Shown: positions 1 through 7,820 of the stretch, one piece after another
Position numbering within the stretch: position 1 is the stretch's first letter
Layout: each line of letters opens with the position of its first letter
Source of the DNA: Armatimonadota bacterium
GTDB taxonomy: Bacteria > Sysuimicrobiota > Sysuimicrobiia > Sysuimicrobiales > Segetimicrobiaceae
DNA: 44,093 bases
NCBI GenBank assembly: GCA_047519495.1
Contig: JAPVSX010000323.1
Coordinates: forward strand, 1 to 44,093
Direction of reading: 5' to 3'
Translations under genes and position numbers: made by a program
Notes under the pieces: model-generated
Told to the model about the DNA's origin: nothing
Seen by the model: the letters and a program-made list of their open reading frames with translations, nothing else
The model's database searches: none

Positions 1-799
1 CGGTGAACTCCGGGCGCTCGATCTCGACGAGGACGCCGGTCTCGACCGGCCGCCCCGGCTGCGGCCGAGGGTCCTCGTGGAGGAGCGTGGCGCGCCCGGC
101 CGCGAGCCGTCCGTCGATCGAGGCCTGGGCGCGCTTCTGCGCGTAGAGCATCGCCGTCGGGCTGCCGAGCTGGTTGTAGCGGCCGTAGTACTCCGGGCAG
201 TCGGTGATCACCTCGATGAACGCGAACCCCCGGTGCCGCAGCCCGCGCGCGATCAGATCCTCCAGCGCGACCGGCTCGTACGCGACGCCGCGGGCGACGA
301 ACGTCGCCCCGGCCGCGGCCAGGAGGCGGCAGGCGTCGAACGGCGGCTCGATGTTGCCGAACGGCGCCGTCGTGGCGACGCCGCCCTCCGGCGTCGTCGG
401 CGCCAACTGTCCCCCGGTCATCCCGTAGACCTCGTTGTTGAACAGGAGGCAGGTCAGGTCGATGTTACGGCGTGCGGCGTGAATGAGGTGGTTGCCGCCG
501 ATCGCGAGCCCGTCGCCGTCGCCGGTGATGACCACGACGTGTAGGTCGGGCCGGGCCAGCTTCAATCCGGTCGCGAACGCCGGCGCCCGGCCGTGGGTGG
601 CGTGCAGAGTGCAGAAGTCCATCGAGCCGGGCAGCCGGCTGCTGCAGCCGATCCCGGCGACGACGGCGACCTTATCCTGATCGAGCGCCAGCCGGTCGAT
701 CGCGCGCAGCAGGGTTCCGGCGACGATCCCGTGGCTGCAGCCGGGGCAGAGGACGTGCGGCATCTGCCCGAGCCGGAGATACCGGCGGATGTCGCCCAT
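1..799 (-). CDS. 2-oxoacid:ferredoxin (acceptor) oxidoreductase, beta/TPP-binding subunit; C-terminus cut by window edge
   Basis: Not in the ORF track because it runs off the window. Manual reverse translation from ATG at 799 gives MGDIRRYLRLGQMPHVLCPGCSHGIVAG...GIGCSSRLPG...VVITGDGDGLAIGGNHLIHAARRN...EIERPEFT. CPGC and GDGDG thiamine-PP motifs are typical of OFOR beta subunits. ATGA overlap with the alpha subunit stop at 799-801. Confidence 0.85.
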   Translation of the reverse strand, partial: MGDIRRYLRLGQMPHVLCPGCSHGIVAGTLLRAIDRLALDQDKVAVVAGIGCSSRLPGSMDFCTLHATHGRAPAFATGLKLARPDLHVVVITGDGDGLAIGGNHLIHAARRNIDLTCLLFNNEVYGMTGGQLAPTTPEGGVATTAPFGNIEPPFDACRLLAAAGATFVARGVAYEPVALEDLIARGLRHRGFAFIEVITDCPEYYGRYNQLGSPTAMLYAQKRAQASIDGRLAAGRATLLHEDPRPQPGRPVETGVLVEIERPEFT

Positions 800-1950
800 C
801 ACGCGATCCTCCCCGCCGGCACGAGCGCCTCGAGGCTCGCCAGCACCTGCTCGGGATCGATGGGGCAGCCGTCCGCGCGGCAGCAGGGCACGACCGGCAC
901 CTGCCCGCCCGCGGCCCGCTCGACCTCCCGCGCGAGCTGTCCGAGGTTCATCTCGGCCACGACGATCGCCCGCGAGGACGCGGCGACCCGGCGGACCGCC
1001 GCGTCGGGAAACGGCCAGAGCACGGCGGGACGCAACAGGCCCGCGCGGATGCCGCGCCGCCGGGCCTCGCCGATCGCCTCCTGCGCCGCCCGCGCCGCGA
1101 TCCCGCAGGCCACGACAGCGATCTCCGCGTCGTCGAGGTGGAACGCCTCGGTGGGAGCGACCACGTCATCGAACGCCGCGATCTTGTCCAGGCGGCGGCG
1201 CTGATGGGCCGCGATCGTGGCCGGATCCTGCGTAGGATAGCCGCGGGCGTCGTGGGCCAGCCCGGTCACGTGAAACCGGTACCCGCTGCCGAAGTCGGCC
1301 ATCGGAGGCACCCCATCCCGGGCCGCTTCGTAGGGTCGATACGCCGCCGGCGGCACCCTCGGCCGGCGGCGGCCTGGCACGCCGCCGGCCGGCGGCTCCG
1401 GGAGCGCGGCCTCCTCCCGCATGTGGCCGATCACCTCGTCGTACAGCACGACGACCGGCGTCCGCAACCGCTCCGCCAGCGCGAACGCCGCCCCGGTCAG
1501 GTCGTACACCTCGCGCACCGACGCCGGGGCGAGGACGAGGCTGGGCACGTCGCCGTGCGTGCCCCATCGGGCCTGCATGAGATCGCCCTGCGCCGGCGAG
1601 GTCGGCAGCCCCGTGCTCGGCCCGCCGCGCATCACGTTGACGATCACGCACGGCACCTCGGCCATCGCCGCGAAGCCGATGTGCTCCTGCATCAGGGAAA
1701 ACCCTGGCCCGCTGGTCGCGGTCATGGCGCGCATCCCGCCGAGCGACGCCCCGATCACGGCGGCGAGCGACGCCAGCTCATCCTCCATCTGCACGAAGAC
1801 GCCGCCGAGAGCCGGCAGCCGCCGGGCCATCTCCTCGGCGATCTCCGACGACGGCGTAATCGGGTAGCCGGCGTAGAAGCGGCACCCGGCGGCGAGCGCG
1901 CCGGCCGCGCACGCGGCGTTGCCCTGGACGAGCCGGGGGGCTGCGCTCAC
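799..1950 (-). CDS. 2-oxoacid:ferredoxin (acceptor) oxidoreductase, alpha subunit (about 383 aa, no fused gamma domain)
   Basis: C-terminal part of track ORF 799..2568: VQGNAACAAGALAAGCRFYAGYPITPSSEI...TATSGPGFSLMQE...GGPSTGLPT. GTG at 1948-1950 overlaps the stop of the upstream gene (GTGA). The remaining N-terminal part of the track ORF is Arg/Pro-rich and overlaps iorB, so it was trimmed. Confidence 0.88.
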   Translation of the reverse strand: MSAAPRLVQGNAACAAGALAAGCRFYAGYPITPSSEIAEEMARRLPALGGVFVQMEDELASLAAVIGASLGGMRAMTATSGPGFSLMQEHIGFAAMAEVPCVIVNVMRGGPSTGLPTSPAQGDLMQARWGTHGDVPSLVLAPASVREVYDLTGAAFALAERLRTPVVVLYDEVIGHMREEAALPEPPAGGVPGRRRPRVPPAAYRPYEAARDGVPPMADFGSGYRFHVTGLAHDARGYPTQDPATIAAHQRRRLDKIAAFDDVVAPTEAFHLDDAEIAVVACGIAARAAQEAIGEARRRGIRAGLLRPAVLWPFPDAAVRRVAASSRAIVVAEMNLGQLAREVERAAGGQVPVVPCCRADGCPIDPEQVLASLEALVPAGRIA

Positions 1951-2798
1951 GGCGCGTCGCCGGGCACGGCCGCCTCGGGGTGCACGGTGATCGCGAAGTC
2001 CGGGCACAGCCGCTCGCACAGGCGGCAGCCGGTGCACGCGTCCGCGGCCACCACCTCGACCACCCCGCCGCCGCCCAGCCGCAGGCACGCCTCTGGACAG
2101 ATACGGACGCAGACATCGCATGCCTTGCACCAGGCGGCGGTGATCTCGATGCGGTGCGCGGCGGCGCGAGCCGCGGGCGTCCACCCGCCGCTGCGCACCG
2201 GCAGGGTCGTCTCGAGCTCCCGGCCTTCCCGGAACGCGCGCAGGTTCATCTCGACCGTGCGCGGGGGCACGTGCCGGGCGATCGTGGCCTCCCATGTCGT
2301 GGTCGGGAAGTCCAGACGCGCCGAGAGAACGCCGAGCAGCACCGTGTTGGCGACGTGCGCCGATCCGAGGCGCTGCGCCAGTCCGCGCGCGTCGGCCGCC
2401 AGCACCGGGCCGAGATGGCCGGCCAGGCACGCCGGGTCGAGCGCCGGATACGCCCGCGTCCACGCGCGGTGGTCGCGCTGGGCGGCCGGGGGCACGATCT
2501 CGGCGGTGTCGACGACGAGGGCGCCGTCCGGTCGGAGGTACGGCAGCCATCGGAGTCCCTCCGCCCACTCGAACGCCACCAGCGCGTCGGCCTCGCCGGC
2601 CCCGATCAGCGGGCTGTGCACCGCGGGCCCGTAGCGGACGTGGCTGAAGACGATGCCGCCGCGCTTGGACATGCCGTGGACCTCGCTCTTCTTGACGTCG
2701 AGCCCGGCGGCCATCGCCACGTCGCCGAGGATGTTGCCGGCGAGCACCACCCCCTGGCCGCCGACCCCGACGAGGAGGATGCTACGCGTGTGCGGCAC
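1947..2798 (-). CDS. iorB: indolepyruvate:ferredoxin oxidoreductase beta subunit (IorB-type) fused to a C-terminal 2x[4Fe-4S] ferredoxin domain
   Basis: Track ORF 1947..2891 trimmed to GTG at 2798 (VPHTRSILLVGVGGQGVVLAGNILG...SEVHGMSKRGGIVFSHVR). The C-terminus has CKACDVCVRICP and CTGCRLCERLCP (two CxxCxxCxxxCP motifs). It overlaps the iorA stop by 17 nt. The start is uncertain by a few codons. Confidence 0.8.
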   Translation of the reverse strand: MPHTRSILLVGVGGQGVVLAGNILGDVAMAAGLDVKKSEVHGMSKRGGIVFSHVRYGPAVHSPLIGAGEADALVAFEWAEGLRWLPYLRPDGALVVDTAEIVPPAAQRDHRAWTRAYPALDPACLAGHLGPVLAADARGLAQRLGSAHVANTVLLGVLSARLDFPTTTWEATIARHVPPRTVEMNLRAFREGRELETTLPVRSGGWTPAARAAAHRIEITAAWCKACDVCVRICPEACLRLGGGGVVEVVAADACTGCRLCERLCPDFAITVHPEAAVPGDAP

Positions 2799-4698
2799 CG
2801 GCGGGTCCTCCCGGGCGATGGACGGGGCGCCCCGGCGGCGCCTCGGTGGCGGTGATCGCGCCGGTGGGGCACACCTGCGCGCAGATCGCACACCCCGAGC
2901 ACAGCGCGGGGTCGATCGTCACCTTGGGCCGCCCCTCGCGCCGCTCGTCGGTCCACACGATCGCGGGGCAGCCGATCGTCATGCACGCCTGGCAGCCGTC
3001 GCAGGCCGCGGCGGCGACGGCGAACGGGCGCTCCCGGATCTTGACCGGCGCCTCGACGCATGGGCGGTTCGTGATCACGACCGCGACGCCCGGGTGGGCG
3101 AGCGCGGCCTCGATGGTGCGGTGCGTGGCGGCGACGTCGTACGGGTCCACCACGCGGATCCACGCCACCCCCAGGGCGCGGCAGAGCGCCACCAGGTCGG
3201 TGCGCGGCGCGTCGCCGTTCCGGATCGTCCGGCCGGTGGCTGCGTGCGGCTGCCCACCCGTCATCGCGGTCGTCCCGTTGTCGAGGATGACGACGGTGAT
3301 CGGTGTCTGGTTGTAGACGGCATCCAGCAGCGCCGGAATCCCGGAGTGGAGGAAGGTCGAGTCGCCGATCGTGGCCGCGACCCGGCCGGCGGCCTGGCCC
3401 GACCGCACCAGCCCGATCGCCATCCCGATGCTCGACCCCATCGCCAGGCAGGTATCGATCGCGGCAAGCGGCGCGAGCGCCGCGAGCGTGTAGCACCCGA
3501 TGTCGCCGGCGACGACGGCGCCCAACTGCCGCAGCGCCATGTACGGGACCGTGTGGGGGCACCCCGGGCACAGGACCGGCGGGCGCGGGGCCGCGGGCGG
3601 CGCCGGAACGGAACGAGCCGGGGCCGCGTCCAGCACGCCGGCCCGGACCAGACCGTCCCGCACCAGGTCGGGGGTGAGCTCGCCCGTGCGCGGGAAGAAC
3701 GCCTTCCCCTCGACCCTGAGGCCATCGGCGCGCAGCGCGTCCTCGACGAGCGGCTCGAGCTCCTCGACCACGAGCAGGCGCTCAACCGACGCGGCGAACT
3801 CCCGGATGCGCCCGAGCGGCAGCGGGAATGAGAATCCGAGCTTCAGCACGCTCGCCTCCGGCAGCACCTCGCGGACGTACTCGTAGGCGACGCCGCTGGT
3901 GACGATGCCGACGCGGCGGTCGCGGAACTCGGTCCGGACGAGCGGCGAGGCGTCGGCTGCGTCGGCCAGGCGGGCCAGCCGGTCGAGGAGGATGGGGTGG
4001 CGGGCACGGGCGTAGGCCGGCAGCATGACGTATCTCGCGGGATCGCGGTGGAACCCGCGCGGGGGCCGCGCGCGCCGGCCGGCGATCGTCACGACGCCGC
4101 TGCCGTGGCTGACGCGGGTGGTCGTCCGCACGAGGACCGGGACGTCGAACGCCTCGCTCAGGTCGAACGCGGCCGCCGTGAACGCCTTGGCCTCCGCGGC
4201 GTCCGCCGGCTCGAGCATCGGGAGCCCGGCAAACCGGGCGTAGAACCGGTTGTCCTGCTCGTTCTGTGACGAGTGCATGCCGGGGTCGTCGGCCGAGACG
4301 ACGACGAGGCCCGCGCCGACCCCGGTGTACGCCGCCGTCATCAGCGGGTCGGCGGCCACGTTGAGCCCCACGTGCTTGGCCGCGACCAGCGCCCGCACAC
4401 CCCCGAGCGCCGCCCCGAGGGCGACGTCGAACGCCACCTTCTCGTTCGTGGCCCACTCCACGTAGACGTCCGGCCAGGCTGCCAGGGCCTCGAGGATCTC
4501 GGTGCCCGGCGTTCCCGGATATCCGGCGGCCACCACGACGCCGGCCTCGTAGGCGCCCCGGGCGATCGCGTGGTTGCCGAGCAGCAGCCGCCCGGCCGGC
4601 GCGGCGGGTTCCGCCGGCGGCGCTGTTCCGGGTCCAGCCGGCCGCCCGGCGTCTGTCCCTGCCGGCGGCGTTGTCGTCCCTGTCGGGGCCCTCGTCAC
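2782..4698 (-). CDS. iorA: indolepyruvate:ferredoxin oxidoreductase alpha subunit
   Basis: 638-aa ORF: LLLGNHAIARGAYEAGV...GYPGTPGTEI...SADDPGMHSSQNEQDNR...CPGCPH...GDSTFLHSG, with a C-terminal CDGCQACMTIGCP / CSGCAICAQVCP pair. GTG at 4698 is preceded by GGGAGG with 5-nt spacing. There is a 35-aa Thr/Pro/Ala-rich N-terminal extension. Confidence 0.93.
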   Translation of the reverse strand: MTRAPTGTTTPPAGTDAGRPAGPGTAPPAEPAAPAGRLLLGNHAIARGAYEAGVVVAAGYPGTPGTEILEALAAWPDVYVEWATNEKVAFDVALGAALGGVRALVAAKHVGLNVAADPLMTAAYTGVGAGLVVVSADDPGMHSSQNEQDNRFYARFAGLPMLEPADAAEAKAFTAAAFDLSEAFDVPVLVRTTTRVSHGSGVVTIAGRRARPPRGFHRDPARYVMLPAYARARHPILLDRLARLADAADASPLVRTEFRDRRVGIVTSGVAYEYVREVLPEASVLKLGFSFPLPLGRIREFAASVERLLVVEELEPLVEDALRADGLRVEGKAFFPRTGELTPDLVRDGLVRAGVLDAAPARSVPAPPAAPRPPVLCPGCPHTVPYMALRQLGAVVAGDIGCYTLAALAPLAAIDTCLAMGSSIGMAIGLVRSGQAAGRVAATIGDSTFLHSGIPALLDAVYNQTPITVVILDNGTTAMTGGQPHAATGRTIRNGDAPRTDLVALCRALGVAWIRVVDPYDVAATHRTIEAALAHPGVAVVITNRPCVEAPVKIRERPFAVAAAACDGCQACMTIGCPAIVWTDERREGRPKVTIDPALCSGCAICAQVCPTGAITATEAPPGRPVHRPGGPAGAAHA

Positions 4699-4711
4699 GG
4701 ATGCCTCCCGG

Positions 4712-5941
4712 CTAGGACGCCCGCGCGACCACCAGCGCCAGGATCTCCTCGTCGCAGAGGACGCGGTCGCCGGCCTTGGCCAGGTCGAGCACGCGGGCGA
4801 TCAGGTCCGGATCGGGGGCGATCCCGTGCTGCTCGCACCAGCAGAATACGTTCGCCTGCCCGCTCATCGGGCCGATCGTGACGCGCTGCTCCCGGCCGAT
4901 CTCCGCGGCGGGAACGCCGCTGTAGATCCGGTCGGCCAACCACCGGTCGCCCCGGCGCATCGCCTTGAGGATCGCGGCCGCGTGGACGCCGGTGCTGGTC
5001 TCGAACGCGTCCTTGCCGACGACCGGATAGTTGGGGAGGATCGGGAGCCCCACCGCCTCCGAGACGGCGCGGCAGTACTCGGGCAGGAGGCGCAGATCCG
5101 CGTCGAACCAGCCGAGCAACTTCAAGTTCACCAGGAGCTGGTCCATGCTGGTGTTCCCGACCCGCTCGCCGATGCCGAGCGCGCACGCGTGCAGCCGGTC
5201 GGCCCCGCTCGCGGCGGCGACGAGCGAGTTGATCACGTCGAGCCCCCGGTCGCGGTGGCCGTGCCAGTCGATCGCGACCGTCGGGCCGACGACCCGGCGC
5301 ATGTACCGCACGAGCCGCGCGACCCCCCACGGCGTGGCGTGGCCGACGGTGTCGGCCAGGCAGATCCGCCGCGCCCCGGCGCTCACCGCCGCCGCGTACA
5401 GGTGCCGCAGGTGGTCGGGACGCGCCCGGGTCGTGTCTTCCGTGACGAACATCACCTCCAGGCCCCGGCGCCGCGCAAACGTGACCGCCGCGTCGGCGGT
5501 GTGGAGGAGGAAGTCGAGATCCCAGCCCTCGACGTACTGACGGATGGGGCTGCTGCCGAGAAAGAGCGCGGCCTCGACGGCCACCCCGGCCCGCTGCTGG
5601 ACCTCGGCGATGGGGACGATGTCAGCCTCGACCGTACGGCCGGCGCAGTTGGGCCGGATGCCGAGGCGCCGGTCGCGGATCTCCCCCGCGAGGGCGACGG
5701 CGTCCTCCAGCGCGCGCCGCCCGGCGCCGGGATAGCCGATGTTGGCGCTCGTGATGCCCACGCCGGCCATGAGGCGCAGGATCGCGCGCTTCCGCTCGAC
5801 CGGCGGGTGCAGCGCGGAGGGGCTCTGCAGGCCGTCGCGCAGCGTCTCGTCGTTGACCTCCACGGGGCGGGGCGGCGCCGGCCGGTGGGCGCCCCCGGTG
5901 TTCCAATCGTAGATCAGCGTCTCCCTGATCCGCGGCATCAT
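4712..5941 (-). CDS. 2-isopropylmalate synthase / homocitrate synthase family protein (DRE-TIM metallolyase, LeuA-like, short form about 409 aa)
   Basis: C-terminal 409 aa of track ORF 4712..6691, starting MMPRIRETLIYDWN...VNDETLRDGLQSPS...DWHGHRDRGLDVINSL...GIGERVGNTSMDQL. ATG at 5941 overlaps the paaK stop (ATGA). The rest of the track ORF is junk overlapping paaK. Confidence 0.85.
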   Translation of the reverse strand: MMPRIRETLIYDWNTGGAHRPAPPRPVEVNDETLRDGLQSPSALHPPVERKRAILRLMAGVGITSANIGYPGAGRRALEDAVALAGEIRDRRLGIRPNCAGRTVEADIVPIAEVQQRAGVAVEAALFLGSSPIRQYVEGWDLDFLLHTADAAVTFARRRGLEVMFVTEDTTRARPDHLRHLYAAAVSAGARRICLADTVGHATPWGVARLVRYMRRVVGPTVAIDWHGHRDRGLDVINSLVAAASGADRLHACALGIGERVGNTSMDQLLVNLKLLGWFDADLRLLPEYCRAVSEAVGLPILPNYPVVGKDAFETSTGVHAAAILKAMRRGDRWLADRIYSGVPAAEIGREQRVTIGPMSGQANVFCWCEQHGIAPDPDLIARVLDLAKAGDRVLCDEEILALVVARAS

Positions 5942-7224
5942 CCGACCCTCCTTCCGCGCCGGTCCACGACCCGGATGGCCTTGCCCTCGCTCCGCGGCAG
6001 CCCGCGCGGCGGCAGCACGGTCACCAGCGCCGACAGCCCCAATTCCCCACGCAGCGCCCGGTGGACGTGCTCCTTGAGCGCGCCGTCCCGCACCCCGCCG
6101 CCGCGGCGCTCCACCTGGACCTCCAGGACGTCGAGCGCGTGCTCCCGGTCGATGACCAGGCGGTAGTGCGGGGCCAGTTCCGGGATGCGCATGAGGACTG
6201 TCTCGATCTCGGACGGGAAGACGTTCACGCCGCGGATGATCAGCATGTCGTCGATCCGCCCGCTCACGCGCGCCATCCGCACGAGCGTGCGCCCGCACCG
6301 GCACGGCTCGGGCGCGAGCGCCGTCACATCGCCGGTGCGATAGCGCAGCAGCGGCGTGGCCTCCTTGGTCAGGGTGGTGAGGACGAGCTCCCCCTGCTCG
6401 CCCGCTGGGAGGGGCGTGCCGCTCGCCGAGTCGATGACCTCGGGGAAGAAGTGGTCCTCGTGGACGTGGAGCCCCTGCCGGGCCTCGCACTCGACGGCCA
6501 CACCCGGCCCCACAATCTCGCTCAGGCCGTAGCAGTCGGACGCCCGCACGCCGAGGCGGCGCTCGATCTCCCGGCGCGTCCCCTCGCACCAGGGCTCGGC
6601 CCCGAACGCGCCGCACCGCAGGGTGGTCGGATCGTCGCCGGCCTCCTCGATCGCCTCCGCGAGGTGCAGCGCGTACGACGGCGTCGAGCACAGCACCGTC
6701 GCCCCGAACTCGCGCAGCAGCCGGACCTGCCGCCCGGTGTTGCCGGTCGACGCCGGGAGCACCGTCGCCCCCAGGCGCTGCGCGCCGTAGTGGAAGCCGA
6801 GCCCGCCGGTGAAGAGCCCGTAGCCGTAGGCGTTTTGGACGACGTCGCCCTGCCGCGCGCCGACGCTGGCGAGCGTGCGCGCCATGACCTCACCCCACGT
6901 CTCGAGGTCGGCGCGCGTATATCCGGCCGCCGTCGGGTAGCCGGTGGTGCCCGAGGAGCAGTGCAACTCGATCACCTCGTCCCGGGGGCGCGCGAACAGC
7001 CCGAAGGGATAGAGCCGGCGGAGGTCGTCCTTGGTCGTGAGCGGCACCCTGGAAAGGTCGCCCGTGCCGCGGATGTCGTTGGGCCTGAGGCCGGCGGCGT
7101 CGAGGCGCGCGCGGTAGAACGGCACGGCTCGGTAGGCGCGCGCCACCACCTCGCGCAGCCGCTGGTCCTGCCACCGCGCCAGGTCCTCGCGTCTCGCCGT
7201 CTCGGCAGCGGGATTCCAGATCAT
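5938..7224 (-). CDS. paaK: phenylacetate-CoA ligase family protein (PaaK-like adenylate-forming enzyme), copy 1
   Basis: C-terminal 428 aa of track ORF 5938..7551: MIWNPAAETARREDLARWQDQRLREVV...LHCSSGTTGYPT...STPSYALHLAE...YRTGDV...RIDDMLIIRGVNVFPSEIE. ATG at 7224 overlaps the upstream stop (ATGA). Confidence 0.9.
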   Translation of the reverse strand: MIWNPAAETARREDLARWQDQRLREVVARAYRAVPFYRARLDAAGLRPNDIRGTGDLSRVPLTTKDDLRRLYPFGLFARPRDEVIELHCSSGTTGYPTAAGYTRADLETWGEVMARTLASVGARQGDVVQNAYGYGLFTGGLGFHYGAQRLGATVLPASTGNTGRQVRLLREFGATVLCSTPSYALHLAEAIEEAGDDPTTLRCGAFGAEPWCEGTRREIERRLGVRASDCYGLSEIVGPGVAVECEARQGLHVHEDHFFPEVIDSASGTPLPAGEQGELVLTTLTKEATPLLRYRTGDVTALAPEPCRCGRTLVRMARVSGRIDDMLIIRGVNVFPSEIETVLMRIPELAPHYRLVIDREHALDVLEVQVERRGGGVRDGALKEHVHRALRGELGLSALVTVLPPRGLPRSEGKAIRVVDRRGRRVG

Positions 7225-7820
7225 CGGGCGCCCCCGCCGGCGCCTTCCGCGCCGCGGCGGCGGAGGAGCGCGAGTATGCCGCCGGCGCGCAGGATCTCCA
7301 GCATCTGCGGCGGGAGCGGTATGCTGCGGACCTCGATCCCGGTCGCCGGGTTGCGCACGGTGCCGGCGTCCAGGTCCACCTCGGCCACGTCGCCATCGGC
7401 CAGGGCCGCGCAGGCATCGGGACATGAGAGCGCGGGGAGGCCGATCGCCACCGCGTTGCGCAGGAAGATGCGGGCGAACGACGTCGCGAGGACGCAGCCG
7501 ACGCCGAGCGCCTGGAGCTCCTCGGGCGCGGTCTCGCGGCTGCTTCCGCACCCGAAGTTGCGGCCCGCGACGACGACGTCGCCCGGGCGCGCCTCGGCCG
7601 CGAACCGGGGATTGGCCGCCTCGAGCGTGTGCCGCTTGCGCTCATCGAGGGACGCGAGCGCGTACGCGCCCGGGGACAGCAGGTCCGTGCTGATGTCGTC
7701 GCCGAACCGCCAGACCCGGCCGCGGATGACGGTGCGCGCTCCCCTGGCGCCGATACCGTGCGCCCTGGCCACGTCGTTGCCCCCGCCCGCGTTGCCCGCG
7801 CCGCCGCTGCCCACGATCAC
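7221..7820 (-). CDS. leuD: 3-isopropylmalate dehydratase small subunit-like (aconitase swivel domain, LeuD family)
   Basis: C-terminal part of track ORF 7221..8645: VIRGRVWRFGDDISTDLLSPG...VVVAGRNFGCGSSRETAPEEL. GTG at 7820 overlaps the leuC-like stop (GTGA). A later in-frame GTG start is possible. Confidence 0.82.
   Translation of the reverse strand: MIVGSGGAGNAGGGNDVARAHGIGARGARTVIRGRVWRFGDDISTDLLSPGAYALASLDERKRHTLEAANPRFAAEARPGDVVVAGRNFGCGSSRETAPEELQALGVGCVLATSFARIFLRNAVAIGLPALSCPDACAALADGDVAEVDLDAGTVRNPATGIEVRSIPLPPQMLEILRAGGILALLRRRGAEGAGGGAR

Noticed and set aside
799-2568. N-terminal extensions of track ORFs that overlap the upstream gene: 799..2568, 4712..6691, 5938..7551, 7221..8645, 10062..11354, 10802..12349, 15443..16750, 18268..19509, 19889..21109, 25457..26677, 31101..34004, 36249..38342, 42597..43799.
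   Set aside because: The extended parts are Arg/Pro-rich junk in a different frame of a well-supported upstream gene. In each case an internal ATG/GTG gives a canonical family N-terminus, usually with an ATGA/GTGA overlap or a GGAGG upstream.
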